The notes under the pieces were generated by a model that saw only the letters and a program-made list of their open reading frames with translations, was not told where the DNA came from and ran no database searches. Shown here piece by piece: positions 1 through 7,878 of a stretch of 64,000 nt of DNA (position 1 is the stretch's first letter; the number at the start of each line of letters is the position of its first letter). The stretch spans positions 1 to 64,000 of the forward strand of contig JBIQJB010000007.1 in NCBI GenBank assembly GCA_044507735.1, given 5' to 3'. Both the position numbers and the translations under genes were made by a program. This DNA comes from Nitrosopumilales archaeon. GTDB lineage: Archaea > Thermoproteota > Nitrososphaeria > Nitrososphaerales > Nitrososphaeraceae.

Positions 1-52
1 GATCTTCAAGGAAGAGAAAAAGTTGCAGTCAACGCTCACCGATTTCATCTAG
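1..52 (+). CDS. 3' end of an upstream gene ending in a PIP-box-like motif (IFKEEKKLQSTLTDFI*), possibly a replication protein such as PolD large subunit
   Basis: Frame 2 is open from the window edge to TAG 50-52; C-terminal QSTLTDF resembles the PCNA-interacting motif Qxx[LIM]xxF. Confidence 0.45.
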   Translation, partial: IFKEEKKLQSTLTDFI

Positions 53-413
53 CCAACTAGCGCATCCTGTCGCATCATTGCAGAGGGCCTGACAATTTGC
101 GGTGAGAATTGCTCGTCTTTACAAGCTCTGTCTCTTTTCCTTAGTAGTTTTGAGAATCTGACTGTATGGATATACTTGCGCAATAACTGCTGACCTGAAA
201 GCTTGCTCCGCCTGTAAGTAAGGTCTGGACATTCACATCTCCAACCATTGATGATCTTGAAAACCATGTACTACTTGCGTCAGTCTGCGAGTGTACTTTG
301 TAGGTCCGCTTGTTTAGTCTCCGAATTGATACGTCTGGCTCGTTCTTGGTTCTCATTCTACTAGCCATTTCAAGACCTTTCATTTCACGCATTGTCTTGG
401 GTTTCGTTATCAA
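49..413 (-). pseudogene. Decayed N-terminus of a SWIM-zinc-finger/IS6-like DDE transposase
   Basis: ORF 141..413 (REMKGLEMA..RRLNKRTYKVHSQTD) and ORF 49..267 (GWRCECPDLTYRR..RKYIHTVRFSKLLRK) join by a frameshift near 268; SWIM CxC...CxH is degenerated to RKY; no DDE core follows. Confidence 0.7.
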
Positions 414-468
414 CCCATAGGTAGATAACAGCAGGTTTATTCGATTATCTAATGGTATCTAATGATGT

Positions 469-611
469 ATGGTAATGCAAAAGATCGTGGTTAGCATGTC
501 TGAAGACATGGTCAAAGCTCTTAGACAGAGTGTAAAACACGCAAACTGGAAACGATACCTGAAGCTGCAAGAACTGTACTCGGAGAGTATTTCAAAATGA
601 AGGGGCAGTAA
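469..611 (+). pseudogene. Frameshifted small ribbon-helix-helix (CopG-like) regulator divergent from the transposase remnant
   Basis: MVMQKIVVSMSEDMVKAL then a 1-nt shift near 522 gives ECKTRKLETIPEAARTVLGEYFKMKGQ* (TAA 609-611); beta-strand plus two-helix RHH pattern. Confidence 0.6.
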
Positions 612-625
612 CTATAGCAGGGAAT

Positions 626-1888
626 CTAACTCTTACCGCGATTCTCCTTTAGCCTATTGAAAGTTTTTAATAGGTAGTCATGTTCGCTGATATACTCTGT
701 CGATTCCTGACTCGTAATCCGTTTTTGAACTGTTTCGAATTCTAGTGTACTTGACTTCAACTCATGAACTTTAGAAAAGGAACGCAGTACTGCCAGTTTA
801 TCCTGGTCCTTATCCATAATTGCGTAGTCTTTCAAGATCATTTCAAGATTCTTATTGCCTACTTCACCGATTTCATTTAGAAGGGAATTAGGATCCGTTA
901 CCCTTGAAGCGGAATCTTCAATAACTAGAGTTTTTGGATTGAAAAATTTTATTTTTTGCTTCTTTATTTCATACTTTGGTTTTTGCTTCATCATCACAAT
1001 TTTACCATGTCCATCTGTGGTTCGTACTGGCGGCTTTGGAAACATCTTTGGTGACTCTACCGCATAGACATCATTTCCCAGAAACGGAAGTTCATGCATA
1101 GTGGAGAGTGTGATCTCATCTTCCTCTTCTCTGGGCACATTATATGAGAGAAATGCAACATCCTTCTCGACATATCTAGAAATCTTGTCATATGACACTG
1201 CATGACGAGAATAGGACTTATGTGAAAATGCGATGAGTTTGACCCCTACTTGGTCAATTAATATAGCTAGAGCCTCTCCAAATTTCTCTGCACTATTTTG
1301 ATAGTCCAAGTCGAAAACGAACAGTGGTTCCAAATGTGAGTTTCTCAAAGTATCGGTAATACTCTTTGCCATTTGCTTATACTCTGAAAGTGGCAAGTTG
1401 AGATATGGTATGGCAATAACATCCATCCCTTCATCAGATTGTAATTTGATTAAGAATCGCAGAAATTGTTCTCTCTTTTCGGGATTCGATTGTAAGTATT
1501 CCATAGCTGAGTCAATGATGATCGGTTGACCTTTTTCGTCGTATGTTTTCATCTTGGTTGTAGTGGGCTGAATAATGTGAGCACGTAGGGGGGAATACTT
1601 CATAATATCATGGTTGGATGAAAGTCGTCGTGAGAGTCTGTGATACGTCCCATTCTCATTCAGCAGTGATTTAAGGTCATTTAGGTTCATCTTTGATAGG
1701 GATAAACTTACACTGTTCTGTACCAAAACTCTAGTCGGGACTGACGCTTTGTAATGATATTCTGTCAGTGTCGCCGCGCGAGTTGGAGTCGTGACTTTTT
1801 CATTGAGTATAATCTCAACCGTCCTGCTTGGATAGAAATACGGTGATTTGTCATCGATTGATCTAACTTTTACGTCTTTGAATGTCAG
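626..1888 (-). CDS. TGT/DpdA-like TIM-barrel protein without canonical catalytic and zinc residues (~420 aa, probable CTG start)
   Basis: Frame of ORF 626..1726 stays open to CTG 1888-1886, which overlaps the upstream TGA; motifs SRTVEI..TTPT, LQSDEGMDVIAIP, LGNDVYAVESP and KVHEL..EF..VQKRI..EYI parallel the TGT fold. Confidence 0.6.
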   Translation of the reverse strand: MTFKDVKVRSIDDKSPYFYPSRTVEIILNEKVTTPTRAATLTEYHYKASVPTRVLVQNSVSLSLSKMNLNDLKSLLNENGTYHRLSRRLSSNHDIMKYSPLRAHIIQPTTTKMKTYDEKGQPIIIDSAMEYLQSNPEKREQFLRFLIKLQSDEGMDVIAIPYLNLPLSEYKQMAKSITDTLRNSHLEPLFVFDLDYQNSAEKFGEALAILIDQVGVKLIAFSHKSYSRHAVSYDKISRYVEKDVAFLSYNVPREEEDEITLSTMHELPFLGNDVYAVESPKMFPKPPVRTTDGHGKIVMMKQKPKYEIKKQKIKFFNPKTLVIEDSASRVTDPNSLLNEIGEVGNKNLEMILKDYAIMDKDQDKLAVLRSFSKVHELKSSTLEFETVQKRITSQESTEYISEHDYLLKTFNRLKENRGKS

Positions 1889-2751
1889 CCTTTACCTCTC
1901 CCCCAAGTAATAAGTTTGTAACGATTCTTAATTTTGGATTTTGTTCTGAATTGATCATAATTTTGGTATACATCATGTAAGATGCCATCTACGCCATATT
2001 GATCAAGACCTTGCCTCAACCTCTCTAATTCAGTTCTTACTGCTGGATCAAGCTTTTGATATTTGGAACTAATGATTTTCTTGCCTTTTTCTGAAATCAG
2101 AAATTCTTCCGCATTTGTATTTTTCTTTCCCGTCTTTTCAATTAGACCCAAGCTTGCAAGATTGTCGATCTTGTTTGCGACATGGAAGCTATATGGACCA
2201 AAGAAATATGGTACAAACTTGCAATCTTCTAGATCGACTTTACGCGCAAGAATTTCTACGTCTCCATTCTTTATCCTTACAAAGAATGTATATAGCGGCT
2301 TCCACGAGTATTTTACATCATCTTTCAAGATTGCTTTTGTCTTTTCTTTATCAATACGGATAGTAGCCGAATTTTTATCATCATGAATTCTTATTCCATC
2401 GTGTTTCAATTTTGCTATTTTTGCCCTTGATACCCAATGCATTTGGAGCTTTTGTGACAAGAATTCCCGTAGATTATGTTCATCTTTGCCGGGCACATGC
2501 GTCCATCTGAAAAGTAATTCGGCAAACAAATCACGTTCTATCAAGAAGAGTTCTTTGAATATTGCCGTCCGACTCCGTATAGGCTTTGTCGGCTGAGCAT
2601 ATAGTAAGAACAATATCAAATCGTTAACAGAATACTCTACAGGTTTTATCTTCTTGATTTCGTTAGCTGCATTATCCAGTGAGAACGCGACCGTACCATC
2701 GGGCAATTCGATGATGCCGTCAGCAATTTTCTTAACTTTACTCACTCTCAT
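1885..2751 (-). CDS. Panacea/SocA (DUF4065)-like winged-helix antitoxin-family protein with a ~90-aa inserted domain
   Basis: LILFLLYA..PIRSRTAIFKELFLI and FVPYFFGPYSFHVANKIDNLASLGLI match the GPY-motif SocA/Panacea pattern. Confidence 0.7.
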   Translation of the reverse strand: MRVSKVKKIADGIIELPDGTVAFSLDNAANEIKKIKPVEYSVNDLILFLLYAQPTKPIRSRTAIFKELFLIERDLFAELLFRWTHVPGKDEHNLREFLSQKLQMHWVSRAKIAKLKHDGIRIHDDKNSATIRIDKEKTKAILKDDVKYSWKPLYTFFVRIKNGDVEILARKVDLEDCKFVPYFFGPYSFHVANKIDNLASLGLIEKTGKKNTNAEEFLISEKGKKIISSKYQKLDPAVRTELERLRQGLDQYGVDGILHDVYQNYDQFRTKSKIKNRYKLITWGRGKG

Positions 2752-3188
2752 GAATATATTTCCTCCACACTTATTGCAGCTACGGGCTTATCATATCTAA
2801 AACAATCAATAAATACCCTTTTGCCCTCTAATTCCATTATTAAATGAAAATTATTCTTGCTAATTCCGGTCACTTCAATGACCCTAGATACAAACTGCTT
2901 GCTCTTAAGGAAGCTGGTTACATCTAGTTCTGGAAATATTGACTGCATGTTTGAGATTGCAGAGTCAGTAAAGAAAATCTTGGTTATCCAATCCAAATTC
3001 TTCATTCCCAATTTTTCATACTTATGTAGACATTCCTTGCATTGAACGCAAATTGTCTTAGTGATTTTTTCTTTTGTATTCTTAGCGCGCATCTGTGAAA
3101 AGAACATGCCAATATGAAGATAGCGACGAGCAGACAATTTCTCCACTGCTTGAACATTATCTGATTTGCAATATGCACAAGTAATCAT
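2748..3188 (-). CDS. Zn-ribbon protein with a C-terminal RelE/DUF4258 (BECR)-like domain; candidate toxin
   Basis: CxxC (CAYC) and CxxCxxC (CVQCKEC); IFFTDSAISNM...helix...beta-meander ending in AAISVEE; ATGA overlap with the next gene. Confidence 0.5.
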   Translation of the reverse strand: MITCAYCKSDNVQAVEKLSARRYLHIGMFFSQMRAKNTKEKITKTICVQCKECLHKYEKLGMKNLDWITKIFFTDSAISNMQSIFPELDVTSFLKSKQFVSRVIEVTGISKNNFHLIMELEGKRVFIDCFRYDKPVAAISVEEIYS

Positions 3189-3282
3189 ACTCCACGCTCA
3201 GCTATATTCTCTTGCGAAACGAATAGAACTCTCTGCTAGAAAAGTTCTTCTATTATTGCCCATTATGTGACATTGGATATCA

Positions 3283-3702
3283 TTGGTTGAAAAGGAAAGT
3301 AGTTTTCACATTCATACGCTTACCGTTACCAGTTTCTTAGGTGGAATCACGTTTGCTGCTCTGATACTGTTAATCCAATCTAAGAACGATATCGCTATTC
3401 CTGCAGGGTTTCCTAACTATTATCTCGATGGCTTGATAACAGGCACCGCAGTTAGTACTGTCTTCTTAGTGATATCCTCTGTAGGTATGATTAGGACTGC
3501 TTCTGGCGAACGGTCGCCTGATGAACCGTTTTCAGATGCTATGTCTATATTCGGTTCACTCGGTTTCTTTGGGATAATCGCTCTATTGCCTTTCTTAGTC
3601 TTGCCTTTCTCGATCATTGGGGCAATCATAGTTGCTATGACGGAAGCTATTACAATCAGTATTTACCTGAGATATTACTTGCGACCTAAGTTGAAGGATT
3701 AA
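3283..3702 (+). CDS. Hypothetical integral membrane protein (~4 TM)
   Basis: 139-aa ORF with four hydrophobic segments; AT-rich island composition. Confidence 0.75.
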   Translation: MVEKESSFHIHTLTVTSFLGGITFAALILLIQSKNDIAIPAGFPNYYLDGLITGTAVSTVFLVISSVGMIRTASGERSPDEPFSDAMSIFGSLGFFGIIALLPFLVLPFSIIGAIIVAMTEAITISIYLRYYLRPKLKD

Positions 3703-3997
3703 TTTAGACCTATTACACTTCGTCAGACAATCGACAATATCGCCCGCGCTGCAACGCACCGAAAAATAGCTCGAGTACGCAATAGAACTTCTTTACAGCA
3801 GGGAATAAGCTCAATTTTCAATTGCTGATTTTCTCTGGGCAGAGGTAGTAGTCGAAAGACCAAGCTTGATCGCACGACAAGCAAAAATGGTGTATGAGAG
3901 TTCTTGGGACTGTGTGGAAAGATGAAAGCGCCAATCTCTCCACCAACATAAAATTGGGAGAGGTGTGTCTCCTCCGCTACCCGGGCTGTGGCGCCGC

Positions 3998-5326
3998 CTA
4001 GGAGGAGCCGTTAACAAAAGTCTTGTAGACCTTTACTGCGTCCTCTTCGTCCTTGGCGCCCACGATCGTGGCCGCGCCGCTTGAGAGAAAGCTGACGGAC
4101 ATCCTGCCCGAGTTGACCGCCGTGATGCCGAGGTTGCCCCTCGTCTTTACCTGGTATCCAAGCGACTCTGCAGTCTTGGTTATGCTGCCAAGGTTTACCG
4201 GAACTGGCTGGATTGGCGTCACAGTCCAGGTCCGCTTGCCCCTGTCCCTGCCGCAAAGCTCTTCGATAATCAGCTCTTTTGCAACCACGCCTGTTTCCTT
4301 GCGGGCCGTGCCACATGACGGACATTCCTCCTGTCTGAACATCTGGACCCTGTCAAACGACAGTTCGCTCAGGTCCATGTATAGCAGCCTGTTGACAAGA
4401 GCAGGCTCTTTTCCCATGATTATCTTGATAGCCTCTGATACCTGTATGCCTGCTACGAGGTAAAGTATCGAAGGGTGCACGCCTTCGGTGCTGCAGGCCG
4501 GCATCTCCTCTTCATTCAGCTCGGGGAACATGCAGCGCAAGCACGCCGACTTGTTTGGCAGGATCGTGCATACGGATCCTGTCACGCCGATTGCGCCGGC
4601 ATAGATTAGCGGAATGTTGTGCTTGATGCACGCGTCATTAAGCGCATAGCGCGCATCCACGCTGTCCAGCGCATCAATGACGATGTCAAAACCCTTCACG
4701 ACGTCTTCTGCAGTGTACTTTGTGACCGAAGTCGGCACTGGCTCTATCTCGACTGCAGGGTTGAGCTTGCGCAATCTTTCAGCAGCAGCCTCCACCTTGA
4801 CGCGGCCAATGTCCTCGTCGGTGTAAAGATGCTGCCTGTGCAAGTTGGTGACTTCAATCACGTCCCTGTCGACTATGCGCAGCTTGCCTATTCCCATCGC
4901 GGCCAGCTGAGTAATGACCGGGTTGCCGATGCCGCCTGCGCCCACGACGCAGACCTTGGCGCTCCTGATCTTCTCCATGCCCTCAAAGCCGATCTCTTCG
5001 AGCATTACCTGCCTTGAGTAGCGCTGGAGCTCTTCGCTTGTCAGCTCTGCGCCTCCTGCCACCGCTGGCAGGATGTAGACCGAGTCGCCGTCTTTGAGCT
5101 GCGTGCTCATGCCGCCGCTAAAGCGCATATTCTTGCCATTGATGTAGATGTTGATTAGCGACCTTGGCTTGCCGTTGTGGTCAAAAACCCGGCGCTTGAA
5201 ATCGTCGCCCATCTGCTCCGAGATTTTTGCAAAAGCGTCCTGCAGATCAGATGCTTCTAGCGGGACTTTTTTCTCGCCCTGTCCCTTGTTCAAAACTGAC
5301 GGAACAACAAATTCGACTTTGGCCAT
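3998..5326 (-). CDS. moeB: MoaD/ThiS (SAMP-like) ubiquitin-fold domain fused to a ThiF/MoeB E1-like adenylyltransferase
   Basis: N-terminal beta-grasp ending LPAVAGG; RYSRQ, GAGGIG, DRDVIEVTNLHRQ, CLRC and CPSC motifs. Confidence 0.92.
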   Translation of the reverse strand: MAKVEFVVPSVLNKGQGEKKVPLEASDLQDAFAKISEQMGDDFKRRVFDHNGKPRSLINIYINGKNMRFSGGMSTQLKDGDSVYILPAVAGGAELTSEELQRYSRQVMLEEIGFEGMEKIRSAKVCVVGAGGIGNPVITQLAAMGIGKLRIVDRDVIEVTNLHRQHLYTDEDIGRVKVEAAAERLRKLNPAVEIEPVPTSVTKYTAEDVVKGFDIVIDALDSVDARYALNDACIKHNIPLIYAGAIGVTGSVCTILPNKSACLRCMFPELNEEEMPACSTEGVHPSILYLVAGIQVSEAIKIIMGKEPALVNRLLYMDLSELSFDRVQMFRQEECPSCGTARKETGVVAKELIIEELCGRDRGKRTWTVTPIQPVPVNLGSITKTAESLGYQVKTRGNLGITAVNSGRMSVSFLSSGAATIVGAKDEEDAVKVYKTFVNGSS

Positions 5327-5337
5327 TTTTCTTTATA

Positions 5338-6555
5338 TCACCTTATCATCGCCGAAATTTCGGCTGCATCCGGTTTGACGACGTTTAGTTTCGGCAGCAG
5401 ACCTATAATCGCTTCTGTGGCTTTCAGGCCGTTGCCGGTGACATAACACACTGTGCGCTCATCTGACTTGATCTTGCCCTCTTCAACCAGCTTTCTGAGC
5501 ACTGCGACTGAGACGCCGCCTGCCGGTTCGGTGAAGATGCCTTCAGTCTGCGCAAGGAGCATGATGCCATCGGCTATTTCCCGGTCGTTCACTTCTTCTG
5601 CCAGCCCGTTGTACTGCTTCAGCCTCTTTATCACATAGATGCCGTCACCCGGATCCCCGATCGCCAGGCTCTTTGCAATCGTCTCTGGCCTCTCGACAGG
5701 GATGACTTCGTCACTGTTACGCTTCCACGCATCGACTACGGGCGCGCAACCGTGCGGCTGGGCTGCTATCACCTTCATGTTCTTGGGGCTGTCTATCAGG
5801 CCAAGCGCATGCATCTCTTCAAACCCTTTGCATATCGCATTCAGCATCGCTCCGCTGCCTACAGGGATTATCAGGTTGTCTGGAACTTTCCAGCCAAGCT
5901 GCTCCGCCACCTCGTAGGCCAGAGTCTTTGACCCTTCGACATAGTATGGCCTCATGTTGATGTTGACCACGCCGATGCCCTTCTTGTCGCCTATTATCGA
6001 CGCGATTCTGTTTGCGTCGTCGTAGGTGCCATCCACCGCGACAAACTCGGCGCCGTAGGAAAGAGCTTGCGCAATCTTTACGTGCTCTATATCGGAAGGC
6101 GCAAAAATGTAGCATGGCAATCCGCCTTTGGCCGCATGAGCTGCAGTGGCAGCGGCCAGGTTGCCGGTTGATGCGCAGCCTACCGCTTTGAGCATCGTTT
6201 CCTTGGCCCTTGATACAGCAACGCCGGCGGGCCTGTCTTTAAATGAAAACGTTGGGTTGACAGAATCGTTCTTGATGTACAAATTTTTCAGCCCGAGCTT
6301 TTTGCCAAGCTGCTCTGCGTTTTGCAGCGGGGTGAGCCCTGCGTTCAAACTGACGACATTGTTCTTGTCGGCAATCGGTAATAACTCGAAATACCGCCAG
6401 TAGGTCTTTTCCCTCGATTCAAAAGTGTGCCTGTTTATCGATTGTTCTTTGTACATCACGTCCAGAGGACCAAAACAATCTTCGCAAACATACCTGAACT
6501 GCGGCTCGTACTCTCTGCCGCATTCTCTACACTTTAATGACCTGATACTGCCCAT
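5338..6555 (-). CDS. thrC: Threonine synthase (PLP-dependent)
   Basis: NPTFSFKDR PLP-lysine, ASTGN, PVGSG, EPAGG and TGNGLK motifs; N-terminal Zn ribbon. Confidence 0.92.
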   Translation of the reverse strand: MGSIRSLKCRECGREYEPQFRYVCEDCFGPLDVMYKEQSINRHTFESREKTYWRYFELLPIADKNNVVSLNAGLTPLQNAEQLGKKLGLKNLYIKNDSVNPTFSFKDRPAGVAVSRAKETMLKAVGCASTGNLAAATAAHAAKGGLPCYIFAPSDIEHVKIAQALSYGAEFVAVDGTYDDANRIASIIGDKKGIGVVNINMRPYYVEGSKTLAYEVAEQLGWKVPDNLIIPVGSGAMLNAICKGFEEMHALGLIDSPKNMKVIAAQPHGCAPVVDAWKRNSDEVIPVERPETIAKSLAIGDPGDGIYVIKRLKQYNGLAEEVNDREIADGIMLLAQTEGIFTEPAGGVSVAVLRKLVEEGKIKSDERTVCYVTGNGLKATEAIIGLLPKLNVVKPDAAEISAMIR

Positions 6556-6722
6556 GGTTTTCTAGTCTCCATCTAAAAGAGCACGTGATTAAAACATCTC
6601 TAAGCGACATTTTAGTATTGCTTAACTTTTTCACGCATGTGTATTGTATTGCTAAACTGCAAATTTCTTGCATTTTTTCCAAGAATGATCTGCAATCCTG
6701 CAGATCATTCTCTTTCCAAGGG

Positions 6723-7052
6723 TCATTTTATTACATTATGGAAGCATGATCTATTGCCAGTGTGGCATGCTGGCTTGTCCGAATCAACCATGTACAGTAT
6801 GGCGTCTGAGTCACAGTCCACCAGTATTTCGTGCACCGGCTGGACATTGCCCGATTCCTCACCCTTCATCCACAGCTTGTTGCGCGAAGTGCTCCAGAAC
6901 CAAGCATTGCCAGTCTTGGCAGTGTTTGTGAGGGCCTCTCTGTTGGCATATGCCAGCATCAGAATGTCCTTGGTCTTTCTGTCCTGCACGACTACTGGCA
7001 AGAGCCCGTTGCGCTTTTCAAAATCAATGTCCTTGAGCGATCTGGTGTTCAT
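6723..7052 (-). CDS. hisI: Phosphoribosyl-AMP cyclohydrolase
   Basis: LWMKGEESGN, DCDSDAIL and ACHTGNRSCF motifs. Confidence 0.96.
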   Translation of the reverse strand: MNTRSLKDIDFEKRNGLLPVVVQDRKTKDILMLAYANREALTNTAKTGNAWFWSTSRNKLWMKGEESGNVQPVHEILVDCDSDAILYMVDSDKPACHTGNRSCFHNVIK

Positions 7053-7094
7053 ATGTTCGTGTGTGTCTTGATAAGAGCACGGACGGAAATAAAT

Positions 7095-7481
7095 CTAGCT
7101 AGCCTTTATGAGCATCTCTGCGAGGCTCCTTCCGCCAAATATCGCGCCTATTGACAGGCAGACATTTGCCAGTATGTTGACCGCCACGTTTCCAAACTGG
7201 CGGTTGTCAATCATGGCGCTTGTTTCAAGCGCAAATGATGACATGGTGGTGAGCGAGCCGCAGAACCCGATGGCTACCAGCAGCGAATAGCGTGAGTCGA
7301 GGTTCCACAACACCGCAACGGCGGAAAATATCCCCAGGATAAAACTGCCAACGACATTGACGATCAGGACGTTAACCGACAGCGTGCCGAGGATCACGGG
7401 CGACTCTGCAAGCTTGTACCTGAGAAATGCGCCAGCCACGGCGCCCGCCGCAAGAAATGCGAACTCGATTCCTTTCAACAA
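7095..7481 (-). CDS. crcB: Fluoride efflux channel CrcB/FluC
   Basis: GAVAGAFLRY, VNVVGSFILG and GFCGSLTTMSSF motifs. Confidence 0.95.
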   Translation of the reverse strand: MLKGIEFAFLAAGAVAGAFLRYKLAESPVILGTLSVNVLIVNVVGSFILGIFSAVAVLWNLDSRYSLLVAIGFCGSLTTMSSFALETSAMIDNRQFGNVAVNILANVCLSIGAIFGGRSLAEMLIKAS

Positions 7482-7515
7482 TTTTTTTGCCTACCCCGCT
7501 TCAATTCTCTTGTTG

Positions 7516-7589
7516 GTAGGCATTATCAGCTCCTTCAGAGGAAAGGGCGGTTCTGGCTACTACTTTACGCCACGGCTAATGCCATAGCC
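7516..7589 (-). ncRNA. Fluoride (crcB) riboswitch aptamer
   Basis: Minus strand reads GGCTATGGCATTAGCC...AACCGC...GCTGATAATGCCTAC directly upstream of crcB, matching the crcB-motif layout (P1, pseudoknot GGCATT/AATGCC, CUGAU). Confidence 0.88.
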
Positions 7590-7669
7590 ATCCATCTCTA
7601 CAAAGTGGCAGAGGATAAAAATCTAGCTCTGGCGCATTGAGATTGTTCTGGACAAAATAATGGACAGAG

Positions 7670-7675
7670 TTATAT
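7670..7675 (+). promoter_or_regulatory. TATA box of the tRNA gene
   Basis: TTATAT about 25 nt upstream of the tRNA 5' end. Confidence 0.55.
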
Positions 7676-7698
7676 CCCCCTTGTGTCAAGATGCTCAC

Positions 7699-7804
7699 AG
7701 CGAGGTGGGGAAGCCAGGTTATCCCGGCGGGCTCATAACCCGCAGAGCGGTTTCCACTTTTGCAAAATTGCAGGTGGCCGTAGGTTCAAATCAACCCCTC
7801 GCTA
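7699..7804 (+). tRNA. Initiator tRNA-Met(CAT) with a 31-nt intron (7753-7783) in the T-stem
   Basis: Acceptor AGCGAGG/CCTCGCT with A1-U72, anticodon stem GCGGG/CCCGC around CTCATAA (CAT 7734-7736); removing 7753-7783 restores GGTTG-TTCAAAT-CAACC; BHB motif present. Confidence 0.93.
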
Positions 7805-7878
7805 CTACTTCTCCTTCATTCCAAAAACACACACAAGATCAGGGCCAAACAACACATACATATGCAGCAACCTTGGTT

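Noticed and set aside
3705-3990. Transposase C-terminal trace (YY.FVR) and hairpin TCTCTCC..GGGAGAG as right end of island 1
   Set aside because: Match too short, on the opposite strand to the N-terminal remnant, and no target duplication found
7699-7804. tRNA-Ile2(CAU), suggested by adjacency to tiaS
   Set aside because: A1-U72 and three consecutive G-C pairs in the anticodon stem indicate initiator Met
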